Shown in pieces: positions 57,260-64,000 of a stretch of 64,000 nt of DNA. Each line of letters opens with the position of its first letter. Position 1 is the first letter of the stretch. A program made the position numbers and the translations under genes. The notes beneath the pieces are model-generated. The model searched no databases. It worked only from the letters and a program-made list of their open reading frames with translations, and was not told the DNA's origin. Where the stretch lies: NCBI RefSeq assembly GCF_040938485.1, contig NW_027271017.1, positions 6,324,001 through 6,388,000 of the forward strand, given 5' to 3'. The stretch is from Diadema antillarum. Lineage: Eukaryota.

Positions 57260-57680
57260 TTATTACCTCCGCCAAGGAAGGCGGTTATGTTTTTGTCAGC
57301 ATTGGTTTGACTGTTTCCAAAATAACTCAAAACAATGTGAACAGATTTTGATGAACTTGAAGGAAAAGTCCATAATGACCCAAGGAACGGATTATCCAAC
57401 TTTGGTAGTAATCCAGGAATTTTTATGGATTTTTAAAAGGATATTTTCATATTTTGGCAAATAGGGTCGATGAACTGGGGAGTTCAAACTGCGCGTATTT
57501 GAGGCTTGCGTGCGCATACCAAAGCATGTGCTCGAGGAGCCACGCAGCAGGAAGGTAAACACTTCTTAGCTTATTTTTTTTCTTTTTTACAGCTATTATT
57601 GGGAATTCGGGCGACTTTCAGCATGAATGTTTGGGTGGAGATGAGCTGCTTGACGGAGGTCTGCGCTCTGCGAGTGCTTA
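57260..57680 (+). mobile_element. Helentron-associated HINE-type element
   Basis: Starts TTATTACCTCCGCCAAGGAAGGCGGTTATGTTTT and ends CTTGACGGAGGTCTGCGCTCTGCGAGTGCTT. Subterminal inverted repeat CCTCCGCCAAG/CTTGACGGAGG; shares ends with 18367-18829. Confidence 0.75.
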
Positions 57681-57962
57681 AAATTTTTTTTTTTTCTGTA
57701 GTTACAATGCATGTAGGCAACTCTGTAGATAGCTTCACTCTGAACATAGACCTTCTCCAGATATGGAAGAACTGAAGAAACTCCTGCCAAAATCTTTGGG
57801 CTGATTAACATAATCACTGTGTAAAAAAAGGGAATGCATTGGTATTACAAGTTGAAGTCCATTGCATTGCATAGTTATTTAAGTATTGCTGCAAGAATTG
57901 CAGTGACTTTCAGATTTTTCGATTTAGAGATTTGTTCCTTTCGGATCTGAACAATGCGGTAG

Positions 57963-58199
<237 letters not shown>

Positions 58200-59435
58200 T
58201 AAGGTGTGATTCCTCTCCATATTCCAGTTGGCTGATAATGAATGGAGTTAATTCAGACGAGAGTGGTAGAAATTTCATCTTAGAACTATAGTTAGAGAGT
58301 TTCAGCAGTATAAAAGTTATGATTATTATTTCACAAACCACTGATATTACTCAAATTGGCAACAGTAATGATATCATTATCATCTCAGGAGTCTCTCATT
58401 GAACTCTACATAAATCTTCACCAAATTCCCTTGTTTTGACATGAAATCTGTAAGAATAAGATGTATCCCTTTCATCAAATTATTGTGGTCTTTGAATAAC
58501 CTTTGTAATGTATTATTCATTGCCCAAACATTGGGATGTTTCTTCAGTCAATATGAAAATAAGCCAGTTCGGGGTTCCAGTTTGTGTGTGAGCAGAAAGA
58601 GGTCATTTGTACTGAGAGACAGGTTGGTTTTTAAATTCACTGAGATAAGCATCTGTGATGCAATGATTATTCATGTAATCATCATTAGTGGTGCTTGCCA
58701 GTACATCCACCTGACAGCAAGCCTGGTCTTTGGCAATGTTAACAGAAAAAAAAAATGCTAATGCATTCGATACACCAAAATGAAATGGATGCTTCCCAAA
58801 GTGTTAATCGATTGACAAACCATTCTGGTCACTTGATCTCCCTACGCAGCTACATACATTCTTTGTTTGAATACAAGTTCCATAAAGTTTGAATACAAGT
58901 TCCATAAAGTGCTATTTTGGGCAAACTGATGCATTATGTCGCTTTGAATCAAGTGATAATGCCTAACCAACTGAGAAAAATGAAAGATTATTTGTACTCA
59001 TGTGCACATGAGCTACATGTATCTCCGACCTGGCTTATTGAGCATGTGTTTTTAAAGATTAAATACTGCCCATATGCCAAAAGCATTCTTTAAAAGGATT
59101 TGGGTGAAGGATTGACTCGTAAAGATTTTGACTCGCTCAATGTGGAATTATATGAGGTTAGTGGTGTTTAAACGGTGGAAAAGGTCTCTGTACTGGCCTT
59201 GACTCTTGGCAAAGACTTGCTAAATAGACTCTAGCACAGAAATGGATATTCATTAAGAACTAGTGATAATAAATCAAGTACATTTTCAGAAAGATGGTAG
59301 CACCTCTGCATTACCATTTTAGTTGACAAAGCCTAATCAAATACAGGTATATGAATGATTACATCTTATTCATGACCACCACCTCTTTTCAGTATTTGAT
59401 ACAAGTTTGATGCATGTTGTGTTTGCCGGACGCAG

Positions 59436-59554
59436 ATATTGCTGAGGTTTCGGTGCAGCAGTGCCAGAAGAGGTACAACGATCTGGTGCAGCGAAATAGG
59501 CGCCAAAACAACCCGGTGTTTGCCGCCGAGTTCATCGCAGCAGACTGCGCAGAT
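59436..59554 (+). CDS. RNMT: RNMT exon 5
   Basis: cgcag| ... GAT|gtaagt. Reads (D)IAEVSVQQCQKRYNDLVQRNRRQNNPVFAAEFIAADCAD; phase 1 in, phase 0 out. Confidence 0.95.
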
Positions 59555-59794
59555 GTAAGTATGCTCTCCAACCGACGTGATTAATAGATAAAGATAGTGT
59601 AGTACGGTGCAGGTATTGTGTGTTGTTGCTCAACCAGTAGCCTTTCATACTTTTTTGCCTTTGATATTGTTAGCACTTTCCAGATTCTTCATGCAATCAA
59701 CATATTTCGTGCCTTCTGGTAAAAATTGGAAGCTGGCAATAGTGGAAACTGATTACTAATACTATGTAATTTCAAGACATGTGAAAGAATAAAT

Positions 59795-59963
59795 GTAGTC
59801 AATAGCGGCCACCCAAGGGAGACTAAATAAATGGCCGTTGTACACAGGTGGCCACTATAGACAGGGTCGTTAATATGGATTTTCTCTTAGGGGGAATTTT
59901 GCTTAGTTGTTGCATACGACAGGTGGCCATTATAGACAGTGGTCGCTGCAGACAGGTTTGACT
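59795..59963. mobile_element. Eroded Tc1/mariner-type MITE
   Basis: Internal repeats ACAGGTGGCCACTATAGACAG / ACAGGTGGCCATTATAGACAG and right end GACAGGTTTGACT. Left end truncated. Confidence 0.45.
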
Positions 59964-60354
59964 TCCTGAGATAATTTGATAGATTGACAGATCTACAGGT
60001 ACATGTAGGTAGATTGATAGATACTGACATAGGTTAATTGCTACCTAGATAGATAGATGAATATGTAGATGAAATAATTGACATGCACATATACACTTAT
60101 TAAAGTTGGATCGAATGAAGCAAAGGGGAGGAAATTTTACTTGAGTTCCGGATTGGTCTTTTTCAGGATGTATGTCAGGTTGTGAATCAACATGATGCTC
60201 TTACCTTAAACATCAACCAAGTAAACCATAAAAACAGGCTGGAATCCCCCAACCACTCTTTTTCCACTGAGCTTTGCTTGCAAAATCATCGCATTCCTAT
60301 CAGCTCTGAGGTTACTGGGAATGCATTGCATTTGGTGTCTCGTCTTTTTGTCAG

Positions 60355-60536
60355 GTGCTGTTAACGGAGCGATACAAGGAGACAGACATCTTGTTTGACC
60401 TGTGTAGTTGCCAGTTTTCCCTTCACTACTCCTTTGAGAAGCCAGAGCGGGCACGGACCATGATCAGGAATGCTTGTGAGAGGCTGCGGCCGGGCGGATA
60501 CTTTGTAGGAACCATTCCCAATGGATACGAGCTAGT
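60355..60536 (+). CDS. RNMT: RNMT exon 6
   Basis: tttttgtcag| ... GT|gtaagt. Reads [61 protein letters not shown], with the family motifs SCQFxxHY and LxPGGYFxGT. Confidence 0.97.
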
Positions 60537-61018
60537 GTAAGTCTTGCTTATATAATTATTCTTGTTACAGGTGGTATCATTGTTGGTAATTTAAAGTTCT
60601 AATTTTCTTACGTTTCATCAGTAGAATGTGTCAAACAAACAAAATCCAGTGCAAAAAGTTACTTGGAAACTTGGAAAACTGCTTCCTGCTCCCCCTCCCC
60701 CCGACAGTAGGAGAGTTTTATTAAAAATCATACTTTTGTTTGAATTATATTCATTCCCCCCCCCCCCCCCCCACAACTAACACATGCACTAGTTTAATTT
60801 ATTGCATATTTCCAAGCATGTGAATAGACAAAGATGACACATGCACTCTCTATTCCATCAATTTATTTTCATTCCTCATATACTACAACTGCCGCATGTT
60901 GAGGTTAAATGGCCCCAAAGGCCTCACTTTTGGCAATGAGTGTGTGTTTTTTTTTTCCTAAGCTTGGAGGAATGGTATGCTGCCTACAAAAATATGAACA
61001 CTGGTTTAATGTATTTGA

Positions 61019-61276
<258 letters not shown>

Positions 61277-61313
61277 TAAGTCAGGGGATTTTTCTCTCCT
61301 TCTTCCCGTCTCT

Positions 61314-62163
61314 TCTTCTCTTCTTCCTAGATTGTATTAACTTTTTGTGTGCCATGGTGTAAACCTTGTGTCTGCCACATCATTCTGAGACTGCAATGCA
61401 GGAGTGCTTTTGGAAAACAATCCATTTTACCAAGCCATGTATTGTTATTAGCTCACCTGAGCCTTTGGATCAGGTGAGCTATTGTGATCAATCATCGTCC
61501 ATCGTCCGTCATTTGTCATGCATAAACTATTTACACTTTTTGCTTCTTAAAAACTTCATGAAGGATTTTCACCAACTTTGGCAGGTAGCAGCCCTTGGTT
61601 GATAGAATCTTAATGTTTTCAAATGGATACCATGTCCCCAAATGAAGGAATATTGAAAAATCTTCTTCTCTAGAACCAGAAGTAAAGGGCATAGTTAGTG
61701 CTGTAAGTACATCAGTAATTGTAGTTTGTTTGTGAGTGGTCCAGGAATGCACCCCGTTGAACCTGGGAGGGACCAAACTAGGACCATATTTTGACATTTC
61801 CATCGTCTTCTTGAAATAGCATGGTCAAATTTATGCCAAGTTTGGCAGATATTATTGCCAGGATGAAAGAATACATATATGCGCGAATGGGAGCCATGCC
61901 CCTCTTGGGGGCCCAGAACAAAGCCTCTACGAACTCGATATGTTCTTCTTAGGAAATAGTCTGCAAAAGTGTGTGGAAGGTAGACTTGCGATACTCAGGT
62001 GAACTGTAGACCTGAGGGTCTCCTTATTTCATATGTGTCTTCTCTTCTTCCTAGATTGCATTGACTCTTTGTGTGCCATGTGGTAAACCCCATGTGTGCT
62101 ACATCATTCTCAGACCGCAGTGCATGAGCACTTTTGGAAAACATTCTGTTTTACAAAGCCATG
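61314..62163 (+). repeat. 126-bp direct repeat pair (61314-61439 and 62038-62163) flanking a HINE
   Basis: Ungapped alignment with about 20 substitutions. Both copies begin TCTTCTCTTCTTCCTAG. Confidence 0.9.
61445..62028 (+). mobile_element. Helentron-associated HINE-type element (AGCTCACCTGA family)
   Basis: 5' hairpin AGCTCACCTGA-gcctttgga-TCAGGTGAGCT, a short ATCGTCC tandem, and 3' CTCAGGTGAAC...CCTTATTT. No TSD, T-rich insertion site. Confidence 0.7.
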
Positions 62164-62660
62164 CAACTTTTTGTGGAAGCATTGATTCTAGAAATGCAGT
62201 ACAGCAAAGTTGTAGGGAAAATTGCAAGCTTGGCTGTGATGAATGACAATTTTTATGACAAAGCTGTGTATATGGTGCTTTCAGTATACTGTGGAGTATC
62301 GTGATTTATCAATTGGTTTTGCGCACGGTTGTGCGTTTGAGCAAAATATGCAAAGTTGGCATGCCATAAACTGATTTTGGCGTGGGAAAGTGGCACAAAG
62401 AGAGTTGATAATTGTATCAGTTTTTGCATCTTCACCTACTCGTTGGCATATACTCACATTCTGACAAAATGTGCATGCATAGCTGCTGCATATTTGGTAC
62501 TAAATGTGTACATCTACCACATAATCACATCAATACATGCACAAACTATCACTCTTTTTCAATGTGCAGTGCTGCACCACCAGAATGAGTTGTTCAAATG
62601 AAAAAAATCTCTGTTGTATATTTCGGACCGAGATCATGCTCTTTAGTAATATATTATTTA

Positions 62661-63070
62661 TTATTACCCATACGAGGTAGTTTTGCGAGGCAATTGCAGT
62701 TGGTATTTTGCAGGGTCGTGGAGGTCAGCGGGCGACATTAGAGCATCCGGGTCTCGCCAATCACTTTACATGTAAACATTCCGGTCGACCACAAAGCGAA
62801 GACATTCAAGGACGTCGCTGTGTGTCGGTTACACACACCGTGCACAAAACAATACGTTAGCACGTAAAAACGAGGACGGTCGCTGCGACTGTGTGAGCGG
62901 GCGGCGTACCTGATTGTGCATGGTGTTGTGTGCAAGCATGTGGGTGTAGTTGAGCGCAGTGGTGAAGGGTTCGACCTGACGCCGAGTGGATTTTGTTACA
63001 GTAAATCAGGAAGTTTACATTGTAATGTAACTGCTCGAAGATGCCTAAAATGCCTGAAAATGGGTAATAA
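62661..63070. mobile_element. CpG-rich insertion bounded by TTATTACCCAT / ATGGGTAATAA inverted repeats
   Basis: 11-bp perfect inverted ends and unusually high CpG for an RNMT intron. No ORF with recognisable homology. Confidence 0.5.
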
Positions 63071-63076
63071 TAATAA

Positions 63077-63213
63077 TAATATGGACTGTCCTTTCGGGGG
63101 ATACGCCATTTATTGCCCTCACTAGAATAGTATTGCCCTCGTCTTCGACTCGGGCAATACAATTCTAGTTCGGGCAATAAATGTTATATCCCCCTCAACG
63201 CCAGTCCATATTA
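63077..63213. mobile_element. 137-bp palindromic non-autonomous element (Crypton-like, tentative)
   Basis: TAATATGGACTG...ATTTATTGCCC..ACTAGAAT.GTATTGCCC-tcgtcttcgactc-GGGCAATAC.ATTCTAGT..GGGCAATAAAT...CAGTCCATATTA. The superfamily call rests on resemblance only. Confidence 0.6.
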
Positions 63214-63508
63214 TATTAATATCACACTGCGAATTGATGTGACTATACTGTACAGTGGTAATTATCACATTTATCACATTAATTTCAGCAATGTTACACC
63301 ACCTTCTCTTTGTTTTCTATGATTTGTTTGAAGCAAAAGGTGCCAGAAACTTCATGTCCATGTATGATAATTGAACTGAAAACATTTTTTCACAAGCATT
63401 ATGGAATAGAGCATGTGGATAGAGTGATGGTCGAATTTTATGCTGTCCCTTGTTTATTTAGAAGCAGTTTGTTTTGTTTTGACAATGCTGCTCTTTTTTT
63501 TTTTGCAG

Positions 63509-63626
63509 AATGGCCAAAGAGTTTGACATGGAGCTGGTGTACTTCAAGAACTTCATGGAGATTTACAAGGAGAACAGTGAAAATGTAGACAACCAGGCTC
63601 TCATTGCCAAGATGCAGGCCCTGGAG
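63509..63626 (+). CDS. RNMT: RNMT exon 8 (gene continues past the window)
   Basis: ttttttttgcag| ... GAG|gtagga. Reads (E)MAKEFDMELVYFKNFMEIYKENSENVDNQALIAKMQALE with no stop, so further exons are off-window. Confidence 0.93.
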
Positions 63627-63679
63627 GTAGGAGGATGTGATTCTATCGATATGCTCAAGTCTGCTGTTGTAGCTATGTC

Positions 63680-63810
63680 GTCATCTCTTTCTCATTCTCT
63701 CTCTGTCTCTCTATACAAATATTTGTACCTCAATCTCTCGCTGTTGTTCTCTCTGTTTATCCTTGTTTCTCTCTCTCTCTCTCTCGCTCTCTCTCTCTGT
63801 CTCTCTAAAC
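63680..63810. repeat. (CT)n-rich tract
   Basis: Directly visible, in the intron after RNMT exon 8. Confidence 0.85.
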
Positions 63811-64000
63811 TGCAAGGTCTGTAGAATCAGTCAGGAATTAGTGTTTATCTTTTGGTTCTTACATTTTGAATTACTACCACTGCTACTATTAGGACTACTA
63901 CTGGTATAGTGAGGTGCCCGCACCTCCCCCAGGGGCCCGAATACCGCCACCCTGTTTAAAATTGTTACAAGCGCACTGAACAAAAATTTATGCCCGGGAC

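Noticed and set aside
58653-58717. Possible C/D snoRNA in an RNMT intron (GTGATGC ... CTGA with a 3-bp terminal stem)
   Set aside because: Imperfect C box, minimal stem, and no rRNA complementarity I can recognise upstream of the D box.
61331-61439. SECIS or H/ACA snoRNA reading of the 126-bp repeat
   Set aside because: The TGA core is not conserved between copies and its spacing to the AAA loop is too long for a SECIS. ACATCA fits an H box but neither copy has a terminal ACA. Kept only as an open structured-RNA possibility.
62946-62980. tRNA-like A box (AGCGCAGTGG) and B box (GGTTCGACC)
   Set aside because: The boxes are only about 5 nt apart, leaving no room for an anticodon arm; no cloverleaf.

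Overview
Eukaryotic, AT-rich, intron-rich metazoan DNA. The repeat families, TACATGTA-rich introns and mosaic CpG pattern suggest an invertebrate deuterostome such as a sea urchin; this is inference only. Two genes lie head to head. On the - strand is a CCDC102A/B-like coiled-coil gene: coding exons 8854..7647 and 4639..4531, 3' end off the left edge, and 5' UTR probably starting tens of kb away, as far as 44-49 kb. On the + strand is the mRNA cap guanine-N7 methyltransferase RNMT: 8 exons traced by hand from 49352 to 63626, all GT-AG and phase-consistent, 330 uninterrupted codons, 3' end off the right edge. Introns carry many short non-autonomous DNA transposons (Kolobok/T2-type TTAA MITEs, hAT-like elements with 6-bp TSDs, TA-TSD MITEs, Harbinger-like MITEs, Helentron-type HINEs) and microsatellites. 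I found no autonomous element, RNA gene, CRISPR array or clearly new gene system. The best leads are regulatory or structural: serial candidate alternative first exons plus uORFs for CCDC102, a bidirectional promoter, a substitution-free 317-bp fold-back next to RNMT exon 2, inverted MITEs bracketing RNMT exons 2-3, and a 126-bp acceptor-plus-stop duplication around a HINE. All coordinates were counted by hand; no searches were run.
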